64,000 nt of DNA. It comes from Mobula hypostoma. Its lineage: Eukaryota. The first letter of the stretch is position 1, and every line of letters begins with the position of its first letter. Below are positions 11,543-24,539 of this stretch, one piece after another. The notes beneath the pieces are model-generated. The model was not told where the DNA came from, made no database searches, and saw nothing but the letters and a program-made list of their open reading frames with translations. The stretch spans positions 108,812,001 through 108,876,000 of the forward strand of contig NC_086107.1 in assembly GCF_963921235.1 (NCBI RefSeq). Direction: 5' to 3'. The position numbers and the translations under genes are program-made.

Positions 11543-11621
11543 CAAAGGTTCCCAAACTGGGGTCCACGGACCTCTCTGTTGTGGTAGGGGTCCGTGGCAT
11601 AAAAGAGGTTGAGAACCCCTG
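11543..11621. mobile_element. ~80-bp hAT (Charlie-like) MITE
   Basis: TIRs CA(A/G)(A/G)GGTTCCCAA...TTGAGAACCCCTG. Copies at 40609-40686, ~44453-44540, 60444-60511 and 61042-61122; the last two have near-identical 8-bp flanks (ctctaaac/acctaaac, ccttaaac/cattaaac). Confidence 0.75.
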
Positions 11622-11689
11622 CCATAGAGTCATGAAATCATGCAATACAGAAACAGGTCCTTCAGATGAACTTGTCCACGATGACCAAG

Positions 11690-12050
11690 ATGACTCTGAT
11701 AGAGTGGCTAGCCAACACTTTCTTTTTCCCTCAGGGCAGAAATGTCCAATGTCACAGCAGTTATATTTAAGGTGCGTGGAGAAAAGTTTAGGGGAGACGT
11801 CAGAGCAAAGTTGTTTTTTTTTTACACAGAGAGTGGTGAATGCATGGAACACATTGCCAGGGGCAGTAGTAGAGTCTGATCCACTGGGGCCATTTAAGAT
11901 ACGCGTAGATAAACACCTGGATGTAAGAAAACAGTGGAGGATTATGGAAGGAAGGAAGGATTAGATTGATTGTGGAGTACGTTAGTATAGGTCAGCACTA
12001 CTTCGGGGGCCGAAGGGCCTGGAGTGAACTATATTATTCCATGCTCTATG
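11690..12050 (+). mobile_element. CR1 3' fragment
   Basis: FFTQRVVNAWNTLP...FKIRVDKHLD plus tail. Confidence 0.85.
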
Positions 12051-12617
12051 CCTTCCCAAACGAGTCCCACTTGCCGTATCTGATGCATATCCTTTGATAC
12101 CTTAGGCATCCTAGGCCAACCACCCTTAACTACTTCATCAACTGCCTGCAGAATGGCGACTGGCAGAGTCATAGAAAAGTACAGTGCAGAAACAGGCCCT
12201 TCGGCCCATCGAGTCTGTGCCAAACCATTTAAACTGCTGACTCCCATCGCCCTGCACCTGGACTGTAGCCCTCCATACCCCTACCATTCACGTACCAACC
12301 AAAATTGTCTTAAATGTTGTAATCGAGCTCACATGCGCCACATGTACTGGGAGCTCGTTCCACACTCTCGCCTTCCCCTGAGTGAAGAGGTTTCCCGTTA
12401 TACACCTTTCACAAGGATTAAAATTCCTTTCAAAGTTCTTCAGGGTGAGGCCAGGTGACACAGCTCCAGGGCTGATATTCTTCACTGATTCTATTTATTT
12501 TTTATTTTATCTAGAGATTCAGTGCGAAATCGGCCTTTGCAGCCCTTCGAACCACGCTGTCCTCAGCAATCCCGTTAACCCCGAACCCTAACCTAATCAC
12601 AGGACAATCTGCAATGA

Positions 12618-13205
12618 CAATAGACAATAGGTGCAGGAATAGGCTATTCGGCCCTTCGAGCCAGCACCGCCATTCACTGTGATCATGGCTGATCATCCAC
12701 TATCAATATCCAGTTCCTGCCTTCTCCCCATAACCTTTAATTCCGCTATCTTTAAGAGCTCTATCCATCTTTCTTGAAAGCATCCAGAGACTTGGCCTCC
12801 ACAGCCTTCTGGGGCAGAGCATTCCATACATCCACCACTCTCTGGGTGAAAAAGTTTTTCCTCAACTCCGTTCTAAATGGCCTACCCCTTATTCTTAAAC
12901 TGTGGCCCCTGGTTCTGGACTCACCCATCAGCGGGAACATGCTTCCTGCCTCCAGCGTGTCCAATCCCTTAATAATCTTATATGTTTCAATCAGATCCCC
13001 TCTCAGCCTTCTAAATTCCAGAGTATACAAGCCCAGTCACTCCAATCTTTCAACATATGACAGTCCCGCCATCCTGGGAATTAACCTCGTGAACCTACGC
13101 TGCACTCCCTCAATAGCAAGAATGTCCTTCCTCAAATATGGAGACCAAAACTGCACACAGTACTCCAAGTGTGTTCTCACCAGGGCCCTGTCCAACTGCA
13201 GAATG
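12618..13205 (-). mobile_element. Young CR1 3' fragment inserted into a V-SINE (~12500-12620 and ~13210-13372)
   Basis: RRLRGDLIETYKIIKGLD...FFTQRVVDVWNALP; the SINE sequence resumes on either side. Confidence 0.92.
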
Positions 13206-13721
13206 ACTAGTTAGTTTACTAGCGGCTCAATCTTTGGACTGTGGGAGGAAACCGGAGCACCCGGAGAAACCCCATGCACCCCAAGAGACTCCTTACAGAG
13301 GACACTAGAATTGAACTCTGAACTCCGAAGGTCCGAGCTGTAATGACGTCACACTATGGTACAGTGGCACGGATTCTATTGAGCGTCTTTGTATCTATTG
13401 GGAATGCCTGCAGGAAAATGGATCTCAGGGTGGTATATGGTGACCTCTACGTGCTTTGATAATAAATTTACATTGAAGTTTGATGAGTGACAAGCAACAT
13501 TTGTTCCACAGGAATAGATCACCAGCAACATTAAAGCATCCAGTTCACCCTTGTGAGGACCGAATAGTGGTTTCCAAACAAAGTACAGACACATCAAGAC
13601 TTTTTATAACACCACAGAGGCAGACGTAGGCCATTTGGCCCATTGAGTCTGCTCTGACAATCAATCATGGCTGGTCCTTTTTACAAAATTTCAAATAAGA
13701 TCTGTGTTTTGCTAATTAGGT

Positions 13722-14155
13722 TAGATTAGATTACGAGGACACGCAGTCCTCTTTTATTGTCATTTAGTAATGCATGCATTAAGAAATGATACAATGTTCC
13801 TCCAGAATGATATCACAGAAACACATGACAAACTAAGACTAAAAAAACTGACAAAAACCACGTAATTATAACATATACTTACAACAGTGCAAAGCAGTGC
13901 TATAATTTGATAACAGCAGACCATGGGCACGGTAAAAAAAAGTCTCAAAGTCTCTCGAAAGTCCCATCATCTCACGCAGACGGTAGAAGGAAGAGAAACT
14001 CTCTTCCTGCCATGAACCTCCAACACCGCAAACTTGCTGATGCAGCACCCTGGAAGCACCCGACCACAGCCGACTCTTGAGTCTGTCCGAAAACTTCGAG
14101 CCTCCGACCAGCCCTCCGACACCGAGCACCGAGCACCATCTCTGCCGAGCGCAAT
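13722..14155 (-). mobile_element. LINE-type 3' UTR / non-autonomous retroposon fragment
   Basis: Minus-strand AATAAAA, hairpin GAGGAC/GTCCTC and (AATCT)n tail; CpG-rich. Confidence 0.55.
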
Positions 14156-14431
14156 GACAACTTTGCACTGAGAGTTGGAGTTATCCTGTCAACTGATGAT
14201 ATTTTAACCACTTTTATCAAATCTTCACACCTTCTGTTGAATCCATATCAGAGTAATAGGTTTCTCCTAAAACCAGGACCATGAAATTGCACTTTGGCTC
14301 AATACATAATGTACTTTTATGCATCTCACTTGGAGAAATTAAATTGTTCTCTCTGTAAACAGATTCATTGTCTCTTTGGCTTGTTTCTGAAATAACATGT
14401 GTTCCCAGCTCAGTCCAATACTGCTGATAGC

Positions 14432-14850
14432 TTGTTTGTTTGTTTGTTTGTTTGTTTATTTAGAGATACAGCACAGAACAGGCCCTTCCGGCCCACCAAA
14501 GCGTGACACTCAGCAATCCACTGATTAAACCTGAGGCTAATCACAGGACAATTTACAACTACAGTTAGAATCTACTAACCAGTACATCTTTGGACCTTAG
14601 GAGGAAACCGGAGCGCCCAGGGGAAACCCGCGTGCTTCAGGCGAAGGACATACGACCCGAAATGTCGACTATTTACTCTTTTCCATAGACGCTGCCTGGC
14701 CTGCTGAGCTCCTCCAGCATTTTGTGTGTGTTGCTCGGATTTCCAGCATCTGCAGAATCTCTTGTTTGTTCTTACAGAGGGTGCTGGAATTGAACTCTGA
14801 ACTCTGACCCCACCAAACAGTAATCGTGCCATGTTAACTGCTCCACAACC
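14432..14850 (-). mobile_element. V-SINE with a PLE repeat inserted at ~14650-14770
   Basis: (GTTT)n tail, V-domain and tRNA head split by a pLTR copy. Confidence 0.8.
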
Positions 14851-15904
14851 ATGGAACAACCACAAATACAGAAATACATGTTGGCAAGGGAATGCATAAG
14901 CAAATTTAAATGCCAGAGCAGTGTATATTCTTCCCTGCCCTACAGGCCACGCATGCTGGCCTGTCAGTGAATGGACTTCCCTATATGTCGGGCCTTTAAT
15001 TCCTTCTTCAACACACAAAAACCTCAGCAGGTTAGGCAGAAACTATGGAAGGAAGTGGACAGTCAATGTTTCCGGTCAAGACCCTTCAACTGGACCCAAA
15101 CTTCACCTGGTGTCCATTAGGATTGAGACAGCGACTGTCTCCACAGATGCTGACTGACCTGCTGAGTTCCTCCAGCATTTTGTGGGTTACTCTGCGGTCA
15201 AGCACCTGCCATCCCTTAGTTCCTTCAACTCTGCATCTCTGATGAGATCCCATTTCTGAAATTCCTTGCAATTCAAGGAATGAAAAATTTTTTTAAAAAT
15301 CTATAGCTTAGACAATTTAGAGAATAGGCCCATCTCTACGACCAGATCGCCTTCTCTCACTGGAGCTGTGGATTGGCGAGCTGTTACATAATTGATACCC
15401 TCGTCAGATACTAGTTTCAAAATTTCAATCCCAAATTGCCAAGAAACATTAACATCCTTATTTTGCAATTTCCTAAAGATATTATACATTAGGAGCTACG
15501 TTGGTTAAATTGGCTGCAATTTATCTGGAGCATTTTCTTCTCACCCTCGGTGGTTTTGAGCCATTTGTATAAAGGGACTTCTATCAAAGCAATGTTCAGA
15601 AGTTTTTATTTTAACTTGGGAGGGGTTTTCCACCTGGATCTGCAGGTAGATAAGATGACAGGTGCATAAGGTTTACCGCACATAATATAAAGATGCAATA
15701 CAGACACTTAAGAAAGTATTGGCCAGCCCACATTTGAAATATTATGAACAGTTTTTGAACAGGATGTAGAAGCTTTGGAGAAGGTGCAGAAGAATGCTGC
15801 CTGGATTAAAGAACATGATAGGCTAGGTTTGTTTCCTCTGGAGTGCAGAAGGCTGAGGGGGACTTAGCAGTGGGGTACATATTTTTGAGGGGTATAGATA
15901 GGGT

Positions 15905-16291
15905 TGGGTGGCGGGATGGAGATACGTCTCTACCAAAGGAGGTGTAAGGTGCTCCCCTCCATCCTCTATTCCACAAGTCGCCCTTGGGCAAGGTGTAGAC
16001 TCCCCATAATCAGGGTCACATGAAGCCATGGGAGCAGGTGGTGGATGGTCATATGAGCAGTTGGTTCATATCACAAGTCCTGGTTATGCGACCACTGATG
16101 TCAAGTGGACAATCTCTGAAGAATATTAATAATGGCTGGTGGGGGGGAGGGGGGTCACCAGTCTTGTAAAGACACTGCCCAGAAGGCGGCGATGGCAAAC
16201 CACTTCTGTAGAAAAATTTGCCAAGAACAATCATGGTCACAAGATCAAGATCGCTCACGTCATACAACACGGCAAATAATGATGATGATGA
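15905..16291 (+). mobile_element. Non-autonomous RTE-derived element with a Bov-A-like motif
   Basis: 'gaaggcggcgatggcaaaccacttctgtagaaaaatttgccaagaacaatcatgg' and (TGA)n tail. Copies at 57860-58200, 61588-62900 (split) and ~29129-29228 (minus, partial). Confidence 0.75.
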
Positions 16292-16397
16292 TAGATAGAT
16301 AGGGTTGATAATGAAAAAAATTCTCCCTCCGTAACAAAAGCATCCAAAACAGAGAGAACCGACTGGATTTAAGGTGGGAATGAGAGGAGTAAAAGGG

Positions 16398-16712
16398 AGG
16401 CACAGTAACATAGTGGTTAACGCACTGCTTTACAGTGCCAGTGATTAGTGTTCAATTCCCACACTGTCTGTCAGGAGTTTGTACATTCTCCCCATGACAA
16501 CATGGTTTTACTCTGATTTCTTACCACATTCCAAAGACGTACGGGTTAGGGTTGGCCGGTTGTGGGCCTGCTATGTCGGTCCCAGAAGTGTGGCAAAACT
16601 TGCGGGCTGCCCCCAGCACACCCACGGATTGTGGCGGTCATTGACACAAAAGGTGCACATCACTGGACGTTTAATTGGTTCAATGTAAACGTGGCAAATA
16701 AAGCCAATCTTT
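16398..16712 (+). mobile_element. tRNA/V-domain SINE
   Basis: A-box-like and B-box-like (GTTCAATTCC) motifs, V-domain and AATAAAGCCAATCT tail. Confidence 0.8.
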
Positions 16713-16904
16713 AAAACCTCTTTAAAATCTTCAGGTTCTAAGGGACTCTTAGATAGGTGCATGGAGCTTAGAAAAATAAAGAGCGAAGCGGTAGGGAAAT
16801 TCTCGACATCTTCTAGATTAGGTTACATGGTCAGCAGAACATTGTGGGCCAAAGGGCCTGTAATGTGCTGTAGATTTTCTAAGTTCTAAGACTAGTGGAA
16901 CTTA

Positions 16905-17170
16905 ATTTATTTATTTATTTTGATGCAGCATGGAACAAGCCTTTCTGGTCTCCAAGCCTCACCACCCAGCAACCCCGATTTAATCCAAGCATAATCACAG
17001 GACAATTTGCAACAACCAATTGACCTCCCAATCGGTACGTCTTTGGACTGTGGGAGGAAACCAGAGCTCCCAGAGGAAACCCACATGGTCATAGGGAGAA
17101 AGTACAAACTTCTTACAAGCAGCAACAGGAACTGTAAGGGGTTGTGCTAACCACTACACCACTGTGTTGC
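16905..17170 (-). mobile_element. V-SINE
   Basis: (ATTT)n tail and 'ctttggactgtgggaggaaaccagagctcccagaggaaacccac'. Confidence 0.85.
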
Positions 17171-17592
17171 CCAAGTTGAGGTCACATTGGAATATTGAAT
17201 TCTGTTTTGGTCATTGTGCGATACGAAAGATGCTATTAGCTGGAAAGAGTGAACTGGAGATTTACAAAAATATTGCCAGGTCTTGAGGGACTGAGATGTG
17301 GAGAAAGGTTGCGCATCTTGGCACTTTTTCCATCAGAGTGTAGAAGAACAGGGAGTATATAAAGTTAGCTAGCTAGGTAGATACCTTATTGATCCCAAAG
17401 GAAATTACAGTGTCACAGAAGCTTTACAAGTGCACAGATACACAAATATTGGTATATCTGTCTTTGTTGCTCCAGCCTCACTTTTCCAACACTGGCCACA
17501 ATCCTATGTGATGGCGTTAGTGAAATGGTTGAAGAAAATCCTGGCCAGGTTCCTCCTGGAGCCTCACCTCAGCAAAGAGGTGGTGAAGGATC

Positions 17593-18054
17593 TTTTTTTT
17601 TCTGGCTATCCATCCCATAGGATGATGATGGTTCCTTTCAGCCAGGTAGTGGGGTGGTACCCCACTCCTCAGAAAGGAACAGCGTGTGCGTGAATGGATT
17701 TTAGGTGAGTAGGGGGCTGCACAGGTCCAGATCCACCCTCTCGACATCCCCTCCCAGATCCAGCGGCATGGTGGGGTCCAAGACGGCTGGGGGAAGTTCT
17801 GTTGCAGTGAATGGCCAGACCAAACTTCGATGCAAGGGATGCCCTTTCCGCGCTTCACGGCACATGTTTGCTAGATGGCCGTTGACCCTACGAGAGGGTT
17901 CATCCGCCCTTTGACCGGTCTTGTTTTTTGTCCTGCAGGGTGTCTAGCCACCCTCCTCAGCAGGCAGGCCTGGTGGGCGAGCCGGTTTAGTCACTGACTA
18001 CCCGACCATGCGACAGGTAGTACTGGGTTACATGGTACCAGTAGCACTCAGATG
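17593..18054 (-). mobile_element. Non-coding retroposon with poly(A) tail (probably RTE-type)
   Basis: 11-bp TSD GGTGAAGGATC (17582-17592 and 18055-18065); T-run from 17593. Confidence 0.75.
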
Positions 18055-18699
18055 GGTGAAGGATCAAAGAGTTAACTTAGAATAACATTGCATTGACTTA
18101 GATACATTGAATGGTGAATCCCTGCATTTGATCCAAAGAGGAGCATTTCATTAACTCTGCTTCTGATCTCAATCACTTCCTCCCTTCACTCTGACCTTAA
18201 CCTTCTTGACTCTACCATCTCTAATCTTAGTGTCAAAACATTTAGATACGGTTCAAGTGTGGAGAGAGAGAGAGAGAGACTGAAGCAGGTTGACGGTTCA
18301 CTGACTCTAATGAGAACTGTTGCAGAATTTAAAGGAAAAAAAAACAATAAACGCTGGGCTGACAGGGCTGTTAACCAAAACTCTCAAACTGGAAGTTAAT
18401 GCCAACACTGTGGCTGGAAGCATTAACTAAATGAATGCCATTTCTTTACAGCATCAATCGAAACAGTTATCCTCCTTCCCAGACAAGGGTGCATAAATGT
18501 TGCTGTGCTTTTGGTCAAGTCTCGACAAGACTAGAACAAAAAGAAGGTAGTTAAATACCACCATAATGGAACGTACATACTCACGAACGCGATTTCCAAA
18601 CCTGACGCACAGCCTGCCTGCATGGACATGTAGACCCCTCAGCAGAATCGTGACACTGGGGGACTGGCTAGCAAGTGATATCAACTGAAATCCCATGGA

Positions 18700-19590
18700 G
18701 TTCCATAGCCACACTTCCCCCTGTCCTCCACTTCTGTTAGGCACTATTCTATTCTCCCATTCTCTCCCTATTCTGAGATCAACTTTTATCCTCCGTGGAT
18801 AACACCCTACCATGGCCAACAAGGGTCTCATTCCTTCTCCTCTGCTTCAGAATGCAGATGAGTTTCCCCTTGTTCCTCCTCTCCACCTAACCAGCATCCA
18901 CCTTCAACGAGGTCCCCTCCACCTTTTACACTCTCCCTTCCCGCTGCAGCTGGTAAGGAGTTTCTATGTTCTCCCCGCGACTGTGCGGGTTTCCTCCAGG
19001 TACTCTGGTTTCCTCTCACAGTCTAAAGAAGTACCTGTTGGTAGGTTAATTGGTCATTGCAAATTGTCCTGTGATTACACTAGGGTTAAACTTCATCCAG
19101 CGTACTGAAAGTGTTGCTTTAAACTGGGGATTTCTGGGTGGCCCAGCGCATGTCAATCAATCATTCAATCTATCAATAAGTAAAAATTATTCTTCAGCTT
19201 ACCCTGCACTTCCCTTGCAACTGCAGAAGATTCATCATCTGCTCCTTTACGCTCTTCCCTCTAGCCAATGCAAAGTCCCAAACACTCTTTCCAGACGAAA
19301 CAGCTATTTACCTGCATTTCTTCCAACTTAGGAAACCTCATTCGAAGGTTTCGACAGGTGGCTCTCCAAAGATTGCTCTATGGAGTGTCTTATCAGTCCA
19401 CAAGTCTAACTCTGAGCTCCTTGTCAGCCCCATTCTGCACCTGCTCTCCATCCTGCTCCCACTCTGACCTCTTTTACTTTGGTCCCCTGATTCATTCCAA
19501 TGAAGCACAACCTAAACCTGAAGAATAGCACCTCACCTTCCGACTGGATATCGTACAGCCTCCCAGGCTCAACGTCAGATTTTAGCAAAT
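18700..19590 (+). mobile_element. Old PLE remnant with a V-SINE piece at ~18945-19090
   Basis: Decayed similarity to 7040-8100 ('attccttctcctctgcttcagaatgc', 'aaacctgaagaatagcacctcaccttccga'). Confidence 0.6.
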
Positions 19591-19894
19591 TCATTTAAAA
19601 ATCTTTCAACTTATTTATTTGGACACAATATGAGGCCGTTCAGCCCATTATCTCCATGCCAGCTCCCAGCTGATCAGCCTCCATTCCTTCTCCCATTTAC
19701 TTGTAACTCTGCAGCTGATTATCTCTCCACTTCTTTTGCCATTTATCTAAATTAAGGAGAAGCTCTGCCAAGCAGACTTCATATGATGGCAGATAGAGTC
19801 AAGCTGCAGGTCAGCCATGATCTGATGGAGGACTGAAACAGATTCAAGGGGCTGAATAGCCCCAACCTGTTCACATCTGCGGCCTCGGGCTTTA

Positions 19895-20411
19895 CACTCA
19901 GTGGCCACTTTATTAGGTACACCTGTTCTCCTGCTCATTAATACAAATATCTAATCAGCCAATCATGTGGCAGCAACTCAATTAATAAAAGCATGCAGCC
20001 ATGGTCAGGAGGTTCAGACTAAACATCAGAATGAGAAATAAATGTGATCTAAATGATTTTGACCATGGGATGATTGCTGGTGCCAGACTGGGTGGTTTAA
20101 GTATGTCAGAAACAGCTGATCTCCTGGGATTTTTACACACAACAGTCTCTAGAGTTTATAGAGAATAGTGCAAAAAACTAAAAAACACATCTAGTGAGTG
20201 GCCGTCCTGTGGGTGAAAATGTCTCGTTAAGGAGAGAGGTCAGGGGAGAATGGCCAGACTGCTTCAAGCTGACAGGAAGGTGACAGTAACTCAAATAACC
20301 ACCCGTTACAGCAGTGGTGTGCAGAAGCGCATCTCTGAACGCACAACACATTGGACCTTGAAGTGGATGGGCTACAGTGCAGGAGGTACCTAATAAAGTG
20401 GCCACTGAGTG
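19895..20411 (+). mobile_element. Internally deleted Tc1/mariner transposon
   Basis: TIRs CACTCAGTGGCCACTTTATTAGGTAC, left TA flank, remnant transposase N-terminus (DFDHGMIAGAR...SETADLLGF..TTVSRVY). Confidence 0.92.
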
Positions 20412-21134
20412 CATGTAATCATTTTCTATTTTACTTCAGAACAGAATACTCAGCAAGTCTTCGACTCTAATGGAGATGATTAATAGGAGTGTTGGAGATG
20501 CATACAAACCAATTTCTCACTTTTCAGAGAGTACAGACAAGACTGTATAAAATTAAAACTGAAGTTTTCACTTTTTCTCCCTACAGATGCTGCCTGACCT
20601 GCGGAGTATTTCCAACAGTTTTTTTTTTAATTTCATATTTCTCGCATCTGCATTTTATTTTATTTAAGCAGTCAAGATTGCATCAAGGATTCAGCTTTGT
20701 CCTCTACTGGGTTGAGAGTCAAGCACTTGCCACATACACAACAAAACAAAAGCCGAAATGTTTTCTGGAACAAGAAACGGAACGAGATTGGGGGCATCGC
20801 ACCACAATAAAATCTCTGACCCATCATTAAATCAACTGGGATCCCCTGATTAAAAATGCAACTTGTTCTACACACTAATCAGACACTTGCAATCAGCACT
20901 CAGGTGTCGTGGTAGAATTCAGCAGGTCTGACATTCTACTATTACCAGAATTTGCGTTAAAAATGCTAAGGGCATTATTAGCAACTGTAAATGAAAATGT
21001 AATTAACCTTCTCATCAAGCCTACTAACACCAAACTGTTCCTTTTGAATTGTCAAAGTGGATAAACTCCCATTTACACTGTGTCCAGTGCAACTCCACAG
21101 TGGACATTAAGGTCCACAAACCACCACCTAATGA

Positions 21135-22266
21135 CACTGGACAACAAATTTTTTCAAAAGTGCGGCTTCTTCAGAAATTCTTTTTTGCTTATGATAGCCC
21201 ACACAAGTATAATTTCAGACTTCTTGTATCACATAGGAATTTGAAGAAACAAGAAATTAACTTTTATTGAATATAATATGTTTAATTGCCTAACAATGCT
21301 GACACTTGCGATTGTTCAACTTTCGGGGTAGTGGAGGTATAATATGTCCATCTGTGCTAATCACCCCATCCTTGACTAAGCTGTTCCACCGTGAACACGA
21401 TCTGTTATGAGTCAATATGATGCTTTCAGATCAGGTCATGCATAGCACGTACCTCTGCCACACCACTCAGGTGTGTTTCTGTGGTACAGGGGCTAGCGAC
21501 CCTTGTGCCTGTTCTATGTACTTGACATATGATTTTTTTTGTGTTCTATCGCTGAGCAGCAGTGAACCATCTGATTAGCCTATCAGAGTTCTCTTTGGGA
21601 ACTAGTTGACGATCAGCATTTCTGATCTGGCTATTGTTCACGATTGTACTTCACAAAAAAAAAGCTAAAAGTGTTTTGTTGATGATTTTCATTTGTACTC
21701 AGTGTCTGAGGCTTCTCGCTCAAGTGTCCAACAATAATCAGCCAGCATTGATGGATTCCAGTTGCCCTGATACCGTTTCTCCATTACCGCAATTTCTTGG
21801 TGAAACCTTTCACCATGATTGTCACTGACAGAGACAAGATTTGCAAGGAAAAAGTCTAAGTGGGAATGCAGAAAGTGAATCTTTCATGACATGTTGCACT
21901 TCATGGTGTTGTATGCTTGGAGCATGTTGTCAACCAGCTGCATGTAGTTTGGTGCTCTGTAGTTGCAAAGAAATTTTTCAACAACATCCTTGAGTGCCTT
22001 CCATGTGATTTTCTTTCATGCCAGTAGGAGTTCCTCCAATTGCCTTTCATTGATGATCTGTTTGATTTGTAGACCAACAAAAGACGCCTTCCTTAATCTT
22101 GGCATCAGTTACTCTGACTTGAATTATGAATTGAAATAAATATAGTTGATTGCAAAAAAAATGGTTCATGGTAGGGAAATTTCATGGTGATTTTCATGAT
22201 CAGCAGCACCAAATCCAGAAGATACACCCAAGAGTGTTCAGGAAGCAAAATCTTGGTTGTCCGGTG
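21135..22266 (-). mobile_element. Chapaev3-type DNA transposon deletion derivative with an internal ~340-bp insertion
   Basis: TIRs CACTGGACAACAA / TTGGTTGTCCGGTG and 3-bp TSD TGA; homologous to 36138-36932. Confidence 0.85.
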
Positions 22267-22999
22267 TGATCAGTCAAGTGGATTAGGGAGTGAGTGTTAG
22301 CCAGAGCACTGGGAATTCCCCAGTCTAATACCCGGATATTGGCCAAATGATCTTTTACACCCTCTGAGAGCGCACTCCACCGGACATCACATCTGAAACT
22401 ACAGCTCATCCACCACCCATGTCCTACCCTGTGCCATGAACTTTGACCCTCGACACCGATTCACCTGTTGATTTGATCTTCCAGACTTTAAAGCCCTAAT
22501 TCCTGTTTCAAATATCTCCACAGCTCCCAATTTCTGGACACTTTCACTCTATAGTCCCCTCATCCACTGCTTCCACCTTTTGAGTACATTTTTTTTCATG
22601 TTTCCCTTTTTTTAAAAGTTTTATTTTCACTTAATCTCAAAGAAGGAGGCCTCTTGGGTCACCTGGTCCCTGCTGGTTCTCAAAACTATCCCACGCACCA
22701 TGATGTATTCTCTCTCACATGCCCATAATTCTCCTGACACTCGTTGACACAAGGGTTGACTTACAGCAGCCAACTAATGTACTAGCACATGTTTGGAAAT
22801 TTGAAAACCAGAAAAAGAGAAGCAAGGGATCAACGTGAACACATGGCAGGGCTGTAGGAAATGTCCTCTGCCAAAGGAGAAAGAAAAAGCTGAGGCGTAT
22901 GTAACGTAAACATCCCGCATCAGCCCGATGACGTCAGCAGAACCTCATCGCCACATCAACCCTAACCTCGCCCTCAGGATCAATATCAGGTTCCCGATG

Positions 23000-23600
23000 C
23001 AACGCACACAAAATGCTGGAGGGACTCAGCAGGTCGGGCAGCATCTATGGAGAGGAATAAACAGTCGACATTTCAGGCCGAGACCCTTCCTCAGGACTGA
23101 GAAGAAGGGGTAAGACGCCAGAATGAAAAGGTGAGGGAAGAGGAAGGAGAATGGCTGGAAGGTGATGGGTGAAGCCAAGTGGGTGGGAAAAGTCAAGGGC
23201 AGGAGAAGAAGGAATCTGTTATGAGAGGAGAGTGGACCATAGGAGAAACGGGGAAGGAGGAGGGGACCCCGGGGGGGGGGGGGGCACGGAATAATAGGCA
23301 GATGAGAAGAAGTGAAAGATCAGAGTGGGGAATAGAGAAAGTGGGGGGTAGGATTTGTTTACCGGAAGGAGAAACCAATATCTCCTGCGATCAGGTTGGA
23401 GGTTGCCCAGATGGAATATAAGGTGTTGCTCCTCCACCCTGAGACTAGCCTCATCTTGGCACAAGAGGAGGCCGCAGACCGACATGTCGGAACAGAAATG
23501 GGAATTGGAATTAAGATGTTTGTCTACCGGGTAGTCCCACTTGTGGTGGACAGTGCAGAGTTGGTCGACGAAGTGGTACCCAAATTTGTGATGGGTCTCT
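23000..23600 (-). mobile_element. PLE 3' fragment (GIY-YIG C-terminus plus pLTR)
   Basis: MSVCGLLLCQDEASLRVEEQHLIFHLGNLQPD followed by the terminal repeat. Confidence 0.9.
23062..23099 (-). ncRNA. Minimal type I hammerhead ribozyme motif
   Basis: CAGTC-CTGAGGA-AGGGTCTCGGCCT-GAAAT-GTC-GACTG, with a perfect 5-bp stem I. Confidence 0.7.
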
Positions 23601-23819
23601 TATCATTCTCTTATATGACGTGCAAGTTGTCTTAAGTTACAAATTACAGGGTTACAGGGTCTTAGGGTTCATGGACTTTTGAGTTCTTCCTCCATCCTAT
23701 CTTTCTCAACCCCGCACTCTCTGCAACTAAAAACTAACTTGCTTCCCCCATTCTATTGAATTAAGTAAAACATCAGCTCCTTCCCCTTGCACAGATGCTA
23801 CCTGACCTGCTGAGCACTT

Positions 23820-24135
23820 TAAAGTTCAAAGTAAATTTATTATTTAAGTACATATATGTTACCATATACAACCTTGAGATTCATTTTCTTGCAGGCATTC
23901 TCAGTAAGTCCATAATAAAATAATAACCATAATAGAATCAATGAAAGACTGCACCAATTTGGGCGTTCAACCAGCGTGGAAAAGACAACAAATTGTGCAA
24001 ATATAAGAAGAAAGAAATAATAATAATAAATAAGTAAGCAATAACTATCGAGAACTTGAGATGAAGAGTCCTTGAAAGTGAGTCCATTGGTTGTGGAAAC
24101 ATTTCAATGATGCGGCGAGTGAAGTTGAGTGAAAC
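23820..24135 (-). mobile_element. Rex1-type LINE 3' UTR fragment
   Basis: Reverse complement matches 38510-38825 and ends AATAAATTTACTTTGAACTTT. Confidence 0.8.
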
Positions 24136-24339
24136 ATTTCCTGGACTTGAAGATTATATTTCAGATTTTCAGCATCTGAACCTTTTTTTTTTAACTTTCC
24201 AGTCACCTTCCTTCCCAGTATCTCCTTTCACAACACACACACACACACACACACACTAAGTGGGGTTGAACTCAATGCGTAAGGCAGCATCTATGGACGG
24301 AAATAAACAGCCGACATCTTGGGCTCGAGCCGCTCAAGC

Positions 24340-24515
24340 AGGAAGGCGCTGGTAACTCAGGTAACTGCACGTTACAACAGCGGTGCGCAGAAGAACATTT
24401 CTGGATGGACAACATCTTGAACTTCGAAGTAGACGGGCTACGGCAGCAGAAGACCACAAACATACACTCAGTGGCCGCTTTATTAAGTATAAGAGGTAAC
24501 TAATAAAATGTCTAC
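24340..24515 (+). mobile_element. Tc1 fragment
   Basis: Matches 20275-20400 and carries TIR-like sequence. Confidence 0.75.
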
Positions 24516-24539
24516 AGATTATTTTGTCATGGAAAGATA

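Noticed and set aside
18452..18546. Possible exon (tttctttacag ... AAG|gtagtt)
   Set aside because: Weak donor and unrecognisable peptide.
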